64,000 nucleotides of DNA, taken from positions 512,001 to 576,000 of the forward strand of contig JBBCJC010000002.1 in NCBI GenBank assembly GCA_037189525.1, in the 5' to 3' direction. The notes below the pieces were generated by a model. It saw nothing but the letters and a program-made list of their open reading frames with translations, was not told where the DNA came from and did not search any database. Source of the DNA: Gemmatimonadales bacterium (GTDB lineage: Bacteria; Gemmatimonadota; Gemmatimonadetes; Gemmatimonadales; GWC2-71-9). Shown here piece after piece: positions 21,099 through 29,761 of this stretch (position 1 is the stretch's first letter; every line of letters starts with the position of its first letter). The position numbers were made by a program, and so were the translations under genes.

Positions 21099-23093
21099 TC
21101 AGGTGCGGCGGTCGAGCTCGCGCTTGGCTTCGGCGTGACCGGCCTCCGCCGCCAGGCGGAGCCAGCGTAGGCCCTCACTGTCGGATCGCGGCACGCCTCG
21201 GCCGCGGAAATAAAACTGCGCCATCTGATACTGCGCTCCCGCATGACCGCGGTCCGCCGCCCGGCGGTACCAGGTGACTGCCTCGGTCTCGCTGCGCGCG
21301 ACGCCCTGGCCCTGCAGATACATCTCTCCCAAACGGATCAGGCTCGGGACGTCGCCGGCCTGGCCGGCGCGCTCGGACCACTTGGCGGCTGCTTCGAAGT
21401 TCCGCGCGGTACCGATCCCCTCGTACAGACGTCCAGCAATCAGCGGAAAGGCCGCTTCGTACCCGTTGTTGGCCGCCGCGAGATACATGGCCGTCGCGTG
21501 TGACGGATCGGTCCGCTCGCTCCGCCGGGCCACCAGGAACTGGGCCTGCCCGTCGCCGCCCAGGGCGGCCTGCTCGTAGAACGCCGCGGCGCGGGCCTCG
21601 TCGACCGACACACCGCCCCGTCCCTGCGCCAGGATGTCGGCGGCCAGCCGGGCCGCGCGCGCGTTGCCGCCTTCGGCCTCTTCGATACACTGGGCCGCGG
21701 CCCGCTCCCACTCCCGGCGATCGACCAGCGCCACGCAACTCAGCGTGGGAGCCGGAGGCGGCGCGACCGCCGTCGACACGGTATCGGGCCGCGTCGAGGG
21801 CGGGGTCACGCCAGGCCGAGGAGTGGTGTCGGGCCGCTGCGTGGCTACTGGAGGCGGCGGGGTCGGCTGTTGCGGCAGTTGCTCCGCCGGTCGCGGATCT
21901 GCCGGCGGCGTCTCGCTCGGCGGCGCAATGATGCGAACCGTGTCGACCGGCACCGGCGCCAGCGACTCGGATGCCGGCGGGCGCCAGATCTGCGCAGCAA
22001 TCATCACGGTTGCGGCTGCCACGGCGGCGGTGCCGATCCAGGGCGCCCAGCGCCGGAAATCGGACCTGGGCGACGTTGCTCGCAGCGATGCGGGGTTCCG
22101 GTAGTCGGGGTCCTGCAAGGCCCGCGCAAACGCTTTGACGTCCTTGAACCGGTCGTGCGGATTCTTCTGCATCGCGCGATGCAGCGCCGCCGCGATGTGG
22201 AGCGGCAGGTTCTCGACCAGGCCCGCCAGGGCGGGCGGCTGATCCAGCAACTGCTTGGTCATGATGGCCCGCGCGGTTTCGCCTTCGAACGGTGCGCGCC
22301 CCGAGAGCATCTGATAGGCGACCACCGCGAGCGAGTACTGGTCGCTGCGCTGGTCGATGGCCGGCTCACCGGTGGCCTGCTCGGGACTCATGTACTGCGG
22401 CGTGCCCACGATCACGCCGGTCCCCGTCAGCTCCTTGTCGCCCGAGTCGACCGCCTTGGCAATCCCGAAGTCCATCAGACGGACGTGCCGGTCGGGCCCC
22501 TCCAGCATGATGTTTTCGGGCTTGATGTCGCGATGGACGATCCCCGCATCATGCGCAGCAGCCAGGGCATTAGCCGCTTCGAGCACGATCCGCTGCACCT
22601 CGTCGAGTGGCAGGCGTCCCTGGCGGGTCAGCAGCGCCTTGAGACTCTCACCACGGACCAGAGGCATCAGGATGTAACAGACGCCCTCGCGTTCTCCGAC
22701 GTCGAAGACCGGTACGATGGCGGGATGCTGCAGCGCAGCGACCGCGAGGGCTTCCCGGCGGAATCGGGCCAGCAGCGATGGGGTGACGATCAGGTCGGGT
22801 CGCAGGACCTTGATGGCCAGTTCGCGCTGGAGTTTACGGTCGTAGACCGAGAAGACTTCGGCGTACCCGCCCCGCCCGATCAGCCGGCCCAGGTCGAACT
22901 GGGGGCCCAGGACCTGTTGCAGCCGCTCCGGCTCGGCTTCGTAGCTGGCATCCGTTTGGGGCGCGCCGTTCGGTTCACCGATGATCTGGGTATGCGTAGG
23001 CGACCCGCATTGCACGCAATACGCGGCATCGACGGGCAGCCGGCTGTCACAGGTGGGACACGCGCGGGTGGCGACGGACGGATCTTGGGCCAT
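21099..23093 (-). CDS. Ser/Thr protein kinase: Zn-ribbon, kinase domain, TM helix, Pro-rich linker, Sel1-like repeats
   Basis: CPTC...CVQC, GRGGYAEV, HRDIKPEN, DFG, GTPQYMSPE; Sel1 repeats (LGEMYLQGQGVARSETEAVTWYRRAA). Confidence 0.92.
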   Translation of the reverse strand: MAQDPSVATRACPTCDSRLPVDAAYCVQCGSPTHTQIIGEPNGAPQTDASYEAEPERLQQVLGPQFDLGRLIGRGGYAEVFSVYDRKLQRELAIKVLRPDLIVTPSLLARFRREALAVAALQHPAIVPVFDVGEREGVCYILMPLVRGESLKALLTRQGRLPLDEVQRIVLEAANALAAAHDAGIVHRDIKPENIMLEGPDRHVRLMDFGIAKAVDSGDKELTGTGVIVGTPQYMSPEQATGEPAIDQRSDQYSLAVVAYQMLSGRAPFEGETARAIMTKQLLDQPPALAGLVENLPLHIAAALHRAMQKNPHDRFKDVKAFARALQDPDYRNPASLRATSPRSDFRRWAPWIGTAAVAAATVMIAAQIWRPPASESLAPVPVDTVRIIAPPSETPPADPRPAEQLPQQPTPPPPVATQRPDTTPRPGVTPPSTRPDTVSTAVAPPPAPTLSCVALVDRREWERAAAQCIEEAEGGNARAARLAADILAQGRGGVSVDEARAAAFYEQAALGGDGQAQFLVARRSERTDPSHATAMYLAAANNGYEAAFPLIAGRLYEGIGTARNFEAAAKWSERAGQAGDVPSLIRLGEMYLQGQGVARSETEAVTWYRRAADRGHAGAQYQMAQFYFRGRGVPRSDSEGLRWLRLAAEAGHAEAKRELDRRT

Positions 23094-23148
23094 GATGAGC
23101 CCGGGGAATCTCACGCCCCGGGTCGCGACGGGTCAAGGACGGCGGGGT

Positions 23149-25155
23149 TTAGGGACGCTGGCGCTTTTCCAGCTCCTTGGACGCTTCGGTGTGCCCCTGG
23201 CGGGCCGCCCGTTCGAGCCACTGGACCCCCACTGCCTCATCTTTGGCCAACCCGCCTCGGCCGCGGATGTACATCATGCCCAGTTCATACTCGGCGCCCG
23301 GGTGATCCTGCTCGGCGGCGCGACTGAACCAGACGGCGGCATCCTGGTCGCTGCGGGACACCCCGCGCCCCCGCAGGTACATCTGTCCCAGGTTGAACTG
23401 CGCGGCGCGATTGCCGGCCTCGGCCGAGCGCCGGTACCAGAACGAGGCTTCCTGCTCGTTGCGCCGGGTGCCCAGACCCTGTTCGTAGCGCTCGGCCAGT
23501 ACCGGCCAGGCCTCGGCAACGTTGGCGTCGGAGGCGCGGCGGAGCAGGGACGTGGCTTCCACGTCGTTCTGCGTGACGCCGACGCCGTTGGCGTACATCA
23601 CGCCCAGCCGGAACCCCGACTGAGCGTCGCCGGCTGCGAAGGCGGCGCGGTACCACACCGCTGCCAGCGAGTCCGACTGCGCCACGCCGACGCCGCGGGT
23701 ATACATCGAGGCCAGCCGCCGGCTCGCGGTGGCGCTGCCGCTTCCCGCCTCCGTGGTGCACGCCCTGGCCGCCTCGGTCCAGCGTTCGGCCGTGTACGCC
23801 GACTGGCAGGTGACCGCCGGAACCGCCGGACTTGCGGGGCCGGGAGCAGGCGCGGGCGGTGTCCCGGTTGTCGCGCTGGCCGCGGTTTGCGCAGCTGACG
23901 AATCGGCAGGTGCGCTCGCCACGCTGGCTGTAGCTGAATCGGTAACGGCGGCGCTGTCTGGCGCGGCAACAGCCGGGCTTTCCGGACGCGTCTGCCAGTA
24001 GGCAATTCCGGATGCGACCACGGCCACCGTGGCGATGGCCGCCACCGGAAGCCATCGGCGTCGCGGTGTTCCGGGACTGGTCGGGACGCCTGCCGTGGGC
24101 CGCGATTGTTCGAGGGAAGGCGCCGCCGTGATCGAGTCGAGCGTGCTGGCGCCGAGGGGCCAGGCATCCGGTCCGGCAATGGCCTCGGCAAAGGCGGCCA
24201 TCGAGGGAAAACGGTCCTTGGGTTCCTTGGACAGCGCGCGATCGATCGCGAAGGCGACCGCGGCGGGAACGTCCGGGACCATGTCCCGCAAGCTCTTCGG
24301 GACGCCCACCATCTGCTGAAACAGAACCGCCCGAGTCGAGTCGCCGTCGAAGGGCAGCGAGCCCGTGATCATCTGATAGCCGACCACCGCGAGGGAATAC
24401 TGATCGCTGCGATGATCCAGGTGCGGTTCGCCCGCCGCTTGCTCGGGACTCATGTAGTGCGGCGTGCCGACCAGCATGCCCGTGCTGGTGAGCCCGGGGC
24501 CTGAATCGCTGGTGTCGATGGCTTTGGCAATGCCGAAGTCCATCAGCTGCGCACGACGTCCCTTGCCCTCGAGCATGATGTTCTCGGGCTTGATGTCGCG
24601 ATGGATGACACCGGCGTCGTGGGCGGCGTCGAGCGCGTCGGCCGCTTCGAGCAGGATCCGGCAGGCTTCCCGAACCGGACGCGGTCCCTCCCGGGAGAGC
24701 AGTGCGCGGAGACTCTCGCCCTGGATGTACGGCATGATCAGGTAGCCGATGCCGTCGGCCTCACCGATATCGTAGATCGGGACGATGTGCGGGTGCCGCA
24801 GGGCGGCCACGGTCTCCGCCTCACGCCGGAATCGTTGCAGCAGATGATCGGAGATGACCAGGTCGGGGCGGAGGGCCTTGAGGGCCAGATCCCGCTTGAG
24901 TCGCCGATCATGTACGATGTAGACCTCGGCAAACCCGCCGCGACCGATCAGCCGGCCCAACTCGTAATTGCTTCCGAGCGACCGCTGGAGGCGCGACTTG
25001 TCCGGCGAGGCGATCCGGTCACCGGTCGCGGCGCGGATTTCCCCGGTAGCTTTGTCGATCGCCTGCGGAGTTGCGGCTCCGCACATCATGCAGAAAGCAG
25101 CGTCGATTGGAAGCGTCTGCGCGCAGGAGGGGCACGCTTTGGTGACTGTCGACAC
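23149..25155 (-). CDS. Ser/Thr protein kinase paralog with the same Zn-ribbon/kinase/TM/Sel1 architecture
   Basis: CPSC...CMMC, GRGGFAEV, HRDIKPEN, DFG, GTPHYMSPE; at least five Sel1 repeats. Confidence 0.92.
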   Translation of the reverse strand: MSTVTKACPSCAQTLPIDAAFCMMCGAATPQAIDKATGEIRAATGDRIASPDKSRLQRSLGSNYELGRLIGRGGFAEVYIVHDRRLKRDLALKALRPDLVISDHLLQRFRREAETVAALRHPHIVPIYDIGEADGIGYLIMPYIQGESLRALLSREGPRPVREACRILLEAADALDAAHDAGVIHRDIKPENIMLEGKGRRAQLMDFGIAKAIDTSDSGPGLTSTGMLVGTPHYMSPEQAAGEPHLDHRSDQYSLAVVGYQMITGSLPFDGDSTRAVLFQQMVGVPKSLRDMVPDVPAAVAFAIDRALSKEPKDRFPSMAAFAEAIAGPDAWPLGASTLDSITAAPSLEQSRPTAGVPTSPGTPRRRWLPVAAIATVAVVASGIAYWQTRPESPAVAAPDSAAVTDSATASVASAPADSSAAQTAASATTGTPPAPAPGPASPAVPAVTCQSAYTAERWTEAARACTTEAGSGSATASRRLASMYTRGVGVAQSDSLAAVWYRAAFAAGDAQSGFRLGVMYANGVGVTQNDVEATSLLRRASDANVAEAWPVLAERYEQGLGTRRNEQEASFWYRRSAEAGNRAAQFNLGQMYLRGRGVSRSDQDAAVWFSRAAEQDHPGAEYELGMMYIRGRGGLAKDEAVGVQWLERAARQGHTEASKELEKRQRP

Positions 25156-25236
25156 CCTTCAAGTTTCCCCTCAAGTCTCGAGATAGGCAAGGGATGGAAT
25201 CGGATTTGCTTCCCGGCCGACCCGGAAAGCCTCGCT

Positions 25237-25292
25237 CCTATTGTATATCTATAGGTCGCTGAGGTACTCTTACCTATTGTATGACAATAGGT
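25237..25292. promoter_or_regulatory. Two tandem palindromic operators upstream of an ADOP permease (candidate PadR sites)
   Basis: CCTATTGTATATCTATAGG (25237-25255) and the perfect inverted repeat ACCTATTGT-ATG-ACAATAGGT (25272-25292). Confidence 0.7.
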
Positions 25293-25333
25293 CAGCGGTT
25301 CCCACGGGGTAGCGAGACGAGAGGCGGTTCGTC

Positions 25334-27943
25334 GTGATGGGTCTCTTGCGGAAACTCGGCGCTCTGGTCGCGCGCCGTCGGTACGAGGCCGAGTTGGATG
25401 AGGAACTGCGCTATCACGTCGAACGGGAGGCGGAACGGAATCGGGCCGGCGGCATGGACCCGGTGGCGGCCCGAGTGGCGGCTCGCCGATCGCTTGGCAA
25501 TGTCACGTTGGCGCGCGAGTCGATCCGATCGACCTGGGGCTGGCCTCGTCTCGGGGAACTTCGTCAGGACCTGGTATTTGCGTTTCGGAGTTTCCGGCGC
25601 GAGCCCGCGCTCGTGGCCACCGTCGTCCTGACGATCGGACTCGGCGTCGGGCTCAACACCGCCTTCTTCACCATCTTCAATGCGTACGTGCTGCGCCCGT
25701 TTCCGGTCGCTGATCCGTCCTCGCTCTATCAGGTTCGCTGGCATACCCGGGATCAGGCCGGCTACGGATTCAGCTGGCAGCAGTATCTCGATCTGAGTCA
25801 GCAGCCGGTCGTGCGGGAACAGTTGGGCTACCGCTATCTGGTGACGCGGATCGACGGGCAGTCCACCCGGGTCATGATGACGACCGGGAACTACTTCGGC
25901 ATGCTCGGTGTCGGTGCGGCGCTCGGTCGGGTGCTTGGCCCGGCCGACACCGAGGGCGGAGGAACGTCCACGGGTGTCTTGAGTCACGATACCTGGCGCC
26001 AGCGCTTTGGCGCCGATCCCGGGATCATCGGCCGGACCGTCCTGGTGCGGGGTCAGCCGGTGGAAATCGTCGGGGTGGCCCGGGCCGGATTCGACGGGAT
26101 CGACGACAATTCGCCCGACCTCTGGGTCCCGATCACGATGGTGGCTCGGCTGGAAAACCATCTGGCGCCTTTCGGGGTCGGTGATGGTGACCTGGTGCAG
26201 GTCATCCTTCGCTTTCGTCCCGGGATCGCGACCGAAGCCGCGCGTGTGGCGCTGAGCGATTGGCTCGTGCGGGATACCGGGCCGCGTCCCGAACCGGATC
26301 GTGTCATTGCGGCGCAGCTGGTATCGAAGGCAACCGCGCAACCGTTGACGCCATCGGTGTTGCTGACGGTCGCTCCGATTTTTCTGGCGTTCGGCCTGGT
26401 GTTGCTGGCGGCATGTGCCAACGTGGCCAGCGCGATGATTGCGCGCGGCATTGCGCGGCGCGATGAAATCGGAGTTCGTCTGGCGCTTGGTGCGGGGCGG
26501 GCACGCGTGGTTCGCCAGCTCCTAACCGAGAGTATCCTCTTGGCCGTGCCGGCTGCGCTTGCCGGGCTGGCGATTTCGCGCATGGTGCTGGCCGGAGTGA
26601 CCTGGTTCATTGCCGCGACGGTGCCCGAGGCGTTCAAATCGTTCGTCGAGCTCGCGCCCGTCGACCCCGACTACCGGGTGCTCCTCTTTGCTATCGGGAG
26701 CGCGGTGCTCTGCGCGGTCGGCTTCGGGCTCATCCCTGCGCTGCAAGCGACCCGTCCGAATACGGTGCGCTCGCCGGTGGGCATGGTATCGTCGGGGGCG
26801 CGGCCGTCGCGGCTTCGGCAGGGGCTCCTGGTGGCGCAGATCGCGATTGCGACGCTGCTTCTGATCGTGACCGGGATTCTGTTAGGCGGAACCCAGCGGA
26901 TTCCGGCGCGCGACATGGGCATCGATCCGTCGGGCGTCGTCGTGATCGACCTCGATGATCGTTTCCGGGCGGCAGCGCTGGCCCGCCTTCGCGATGATCC
27001 TTCGGTCCGGGCCATTGCCGCGACCGATCGGGTGCCACTCGAGTCGGCGTTCCGGCGGGTCGGCCTCACCGGACCGGACCGGGCCATCGTCAACGCAGGC
27101 GCGGCCGAGGTATCCGGTGGCTTCTTCGAGGCGCTGTCCCATCGGGTGCTGGCGGGCCGGACCTTTCTCGACGACGAATCGCGGAACGGAGCGCCGGTGG
27201 TCATCGTCAACGAGTCGGCAGCCCGGGCACTGTGGGGCACCGGCAATGTGCTCGATCGAACCCTTCGTATCGTCGGCCCCGGCGGGGATGGTGGGGCCGC
27301 CGATCAGCCGGAACTGCGGGTCATCGGCGTGGTTCGCGATGCCGTCACCGGGTGGATCGGAGACCCGCCGGGCCAGGCGGCCATCTACCGGCCCCTCGAT
27401 CTCGAGCGCTCCGGGCGGCTCCTCATTCGGGTCGACGGTCCGGGCAGCCGGGCGGCGCTCGCCTGGGAGCAGACGTTGACGGCCATCGACCAGGCGGCGC
27501 CGGCCTGGGTCCACCCGTTGGAGGATTCGGTCGCAGTGTCCCTCTGGCCGCTCCGGGCCGCCTACTGGGTCGGGGCCATGATCGGGCTGGTGGCGCTGGC
27601 GCTGACCTTGAGCGGGGTCTACGGCGTGCTGGCCTTTACGGTGGCGGTACGGACCCGGGAACTCGGCGTGCGGGCGGCTTTGGGCGCCAGCCGGAGGAAT
27701 GTGGTCGGCCTGATCGTCGGCGAGAGCGTCACGCTGGGCGCGGTCGGCGTGGCCGTCGGTGCAGTGGTGGCGGTCGGGATTGCCCGATTCACGGCCGCCC
27801 ATGTCGAGGGGGTCGAGGTGCTCGAACCGCTGGCGTATCTGGGCGGGGCCGCCGCGGTGCTCCTCGCCTGCCTGGCCGGGGCCGTCCTGCCTTCCCGCCG
27901 GGCGGCTCGGGTGGAACCGCTGACCGCGCTTCGGGCGGACTGA
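25334..27943 (+). CDS. Duplicated MacB/FtsX-type ABC permease (ADOP family)
   Basis: N-terminal ELDEELRYH permease-prefix motif; QDLVFAFRSFRR; two EIGVRLALGA/ELGVRAALGA motifs; ends ALRAD. Confidence 0.9.
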   Translation: MMGLLRKLGALVARRRYEAELDEELRYHVEREAERNRAGGMDPVAARVAARRSLGNVTLARESIRSTWGWPRLGELRQDLVFAFRSFRREPALVATVVLTIGLGVGLNTAFFTIFNAYVLRPFPVADPSSLYQVRWHTRDQAGYGFSWQQYLDLSQQPVVREQLGYRYLVTRIDGQSTRVMMTTGNYFGMLGVGAALGRVLGPADTEGGGTSTGVLSHDTWRQRFGADPGIIGRTVLVRGQPVEIVGVARAGFDGIDDNSPDLWVPITMVARLENHLAPFGVGDGDLVQVILRFRPGIATEAARVALSDWLVRDTGPRPEPDRVIAAQLVSKATAQPLTPSVLLTVAPIFLAFGLVLLAACANVASAMIARGIARRDEIGVRLALGAGRARVVRQLLTESILLAVPAALAGLAISRMVLAGVTWFIAATVPEAFKSFVELAPVDPDYRVLLFAIGSAVLCAVGFGLIPALQATRPNTVRSPVGMVSSGARPSRLRQGLLVAQIAIATLLLIVTGILLGGTQRIPARDMGIDPSGVVVIDLDDRFRAAALARLRDDPSVRAIAATDRVPLESAFRRVGLTGPDRAIVNAGAAEVSGGFFEALSHRVLAGRTFLDDESRNGAPVVIVNESAARALWGTGNVLDRTLRIVGPGGDGGAADQPELRVIGVVRDAVTGWIGDPPGQAAIYRPLDLERSGRLLIRVDGPGSRAALAWEQTLTAIDQAAPAWVHPLEDSVAVSLWPLRAAYWVGAMIGLVALALTLSGVYGVLAFTVAVRTRELGVRAALGASRRNVVGLIVGESVTLGAVGVAVGAVVAVGIARFTAAHVEGVEVLEPLAYLGGAAAVLLACLAGAVLPSRRAARVEPLTALRAD

Positions 27944-28125
27944 CCGGTCTCCCCTGTCATCTGGCGGGTGGCCCGCCCCCCCGCTTCCGATGGTCGAGAC
28001 TGGCCGATTTCCGGTCTCCCTCCAGTTGGTCAACTTGAGCCCCGCGGGATATATTAGAGGGCTGTACCATTCGGGACCCCGCCGAGCGCGGGGCATCAGC
28101 TACGCTCATCAGGCGGTTCGGGTTC

Positions 28126-28692
28126 ATGGCAATTGTTGCAAGCAGCATGCGGCGCGGCATGGCGATCATGCATAACGGCGAGCCCTGTCGGGTTCTCGAT
28201 TTTCATCACCACACGCCGGGCAACCTCCGGGCGCTGGTGCAGGCCAAGTTGCGCCGGATCAAAACCGGGGTCCAGTTCGAGCATCGGTTCCGGGCCACCG
28301 ACAGCCTCGAGCTTGCGCAGCTCTCGACCCAGGAACTCGACTTCCTGTACAAGAGCGGCTCCACGTACCACTTCATGAACGCCGAGACCTTCGATCAGCT
28401 CGAAGTCGAAGAGGACGATCTGGGCGACAGTGCCAAGTGGATGACGGACGGAATGCGAATCATCGCCGAGTTCTATGAAGGTCGGCCGATCGGGGTGCAG
28501 CTGCCCAACTCCCTCACCTTCGAGGTGGTGGAAACGGCTCCGGTCATGAAGACGGCGACCAAGAACGCGTCGAGCAAGCCGGCCGTGCTCAACAACGGCA
28601 CCACGGTCAACGTGCCCGAGTTCATTCAGATCGGTGAACGGATCCGCGTCAATCCCGAGTCGGGCGAATACCTGGACCGCGCCAAGGACTGA
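28126..28692 (+). CDS. efp: Elongation factor P
   Basis: 188 aa; HHTPGN loop, YHFMNAETFDQ, KPAVLNNGTTVNVPEFI and GEYLDRA. Confidence 0.93.
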   Translation: MAIVASSMRRGMAIMHNGEPCRVLDFHHHTPGNLRALVQAKLRRIKTGVQFEHRFRATDSLELAQLSTQELDFLYKSGSTYHFMNAETFDQLEVEEDDLGDSAKWMTDGMRIIAEFYEGRPIGVQLPNSLTFEVVETAPVMKTATKNASSKPAVLNNGTTVNVPEFIQIGERIRVNPESGEYLDRAKD

Positions 28693-28717
28693 TCGTCGAT
28701 CGCTCCGCACGAAAATA

Positions 28718-28754
28718 CGAGGGCCGGCACCGCACGACGCGATGCCGGCCCTCG
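28718..28754. terminator. Hairpin between convergent efp and the lipoprotein gene
   Basis: CGAGGGCCGGCA...TGCCGGCCCTCG inverted repeat. Confidence 0.55.
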
Positions 28755-28774
28755 GTGCATTGCGGGGTCGAGGT

Positions 28775-29236
28775 TTAGAACTCGACGTCGAAGCTGCCGT
28801 TGGTCACCGCCTTGGTGCCCGTGGCACTCGTGCCGGGCGAGGCGATGCCCGTGAACGAGAAAGTGCCCTTCGCACCGTTGGCATCGAGTTCGGTCACCGT
28901 GACCGTGCCGGTGCCGCCGACCATCGACGTGGTCCATGCCTGGGTGGTGCCGATCACCACCTGCGCAATGCCGCCCTGGCCCGCGCCCAGCGTGAACGTG
29001 CCCGGTGCGCTCACGCCGGGAATCGTGATCATGACCTGCTGCTGCGCATTGTTGACCCCGCCGATGGCGAGCACGTTGCTGCTGTGGGTGGCCTGCACCG
29101 CGAGCGAACCGTTCCAGGACTGGCCATCGATGGTCGCAGTGATCGCGCCACCGTTCGGACCGGTACCTTCGTCTCCTCCACAGGCGGCCGCAAACACGAT
29201 CGATGCCACCAACAACGGGCGAACCAAGGCAATCAC
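28775..29236 (-). CDS. Hypothetical lipoprotein (all-beta, DUF6252-like)
   Basis: AAGGAG RBS, GTG start, lipobox FAAAC, and ATIDGQSW...GTFSFTG...VTNGSFDVEF. Confidence 0.7.
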   Translation of the reverse strand: MIALVRPLLVASIVFAAACGGDEGTGPNGGAITATIDGQSWNGSLAVQATHSSNVLAIGGVNNAQQQVMITIPGVSAPGTFTLGAGQGGIAQVVIGTTQAWTTSMVGGTGTVTVTELDANGAKGTFSFTGIASPGTSATGTKAVTNGSFDVEF

Positions 29237-29412
29237 GAGAACTCCTTGCGAATTGATAGAGTAAGCATGTCGACGACCGGCATGCGGAACGCCGGGTAGG
29301 CACGAGTCGGGCCACTCCGCATTCGGCGACGTATGGTCCGCCACCGCTTCGACGGATTTGCGCGAGGTTCGGGAGCGGGTCTATACTATGACTGTCTAGG
29401 TAATGAGCCGAT

Positions 29413-29754
29413 ATGTCCGCTTCACCGACGGAATTTCTCCAGGGGACGCTCGAAGTCCTCATTCTCAAGACCCTGTCCTGGGGGCCGCGGCACGGGTACG
29501 GGATTGCCCAGTGGCTCGAGGACCGGACCGACCAGGCGCTGGTGATCGAGGAGGGGTCACTCTATCCGGCGCTCTATCGGATGGAGCGAAAGGGCTGGAT
29601 CGAGGCGGAGTGGGGCACCTCTGAGCTGGGGCGTAAGGCCAAGTTCTACGCGCTGACGCCAGGTGGCCGAACCCGGTTGCGGGCCGACACGGCCGCGTGG
29701 CGGGCTTTCAGCTCTGCCGTGGCCAGAGTCCTGGATCCCGCGGAATCGAACTGA
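29413..29754 (+). CDS. PadR-family transcriptional regulator (ADOP-associated type)
   Basis: [32 protein letters not shown] and RKAKFYALT. Confidence 0.93.
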   Translation: MSASPTEFLQGTLEVLILKTLSWGPRHGYGIAQWLEDRTDQALVIEEGSLYPALYRMERKGWIEAEWGTSELGRKAKFYALTPGGRTRLRADTAAWRAFSSAVARVLDPAESN

Positions 29755-29761
29755 GGCGGTC

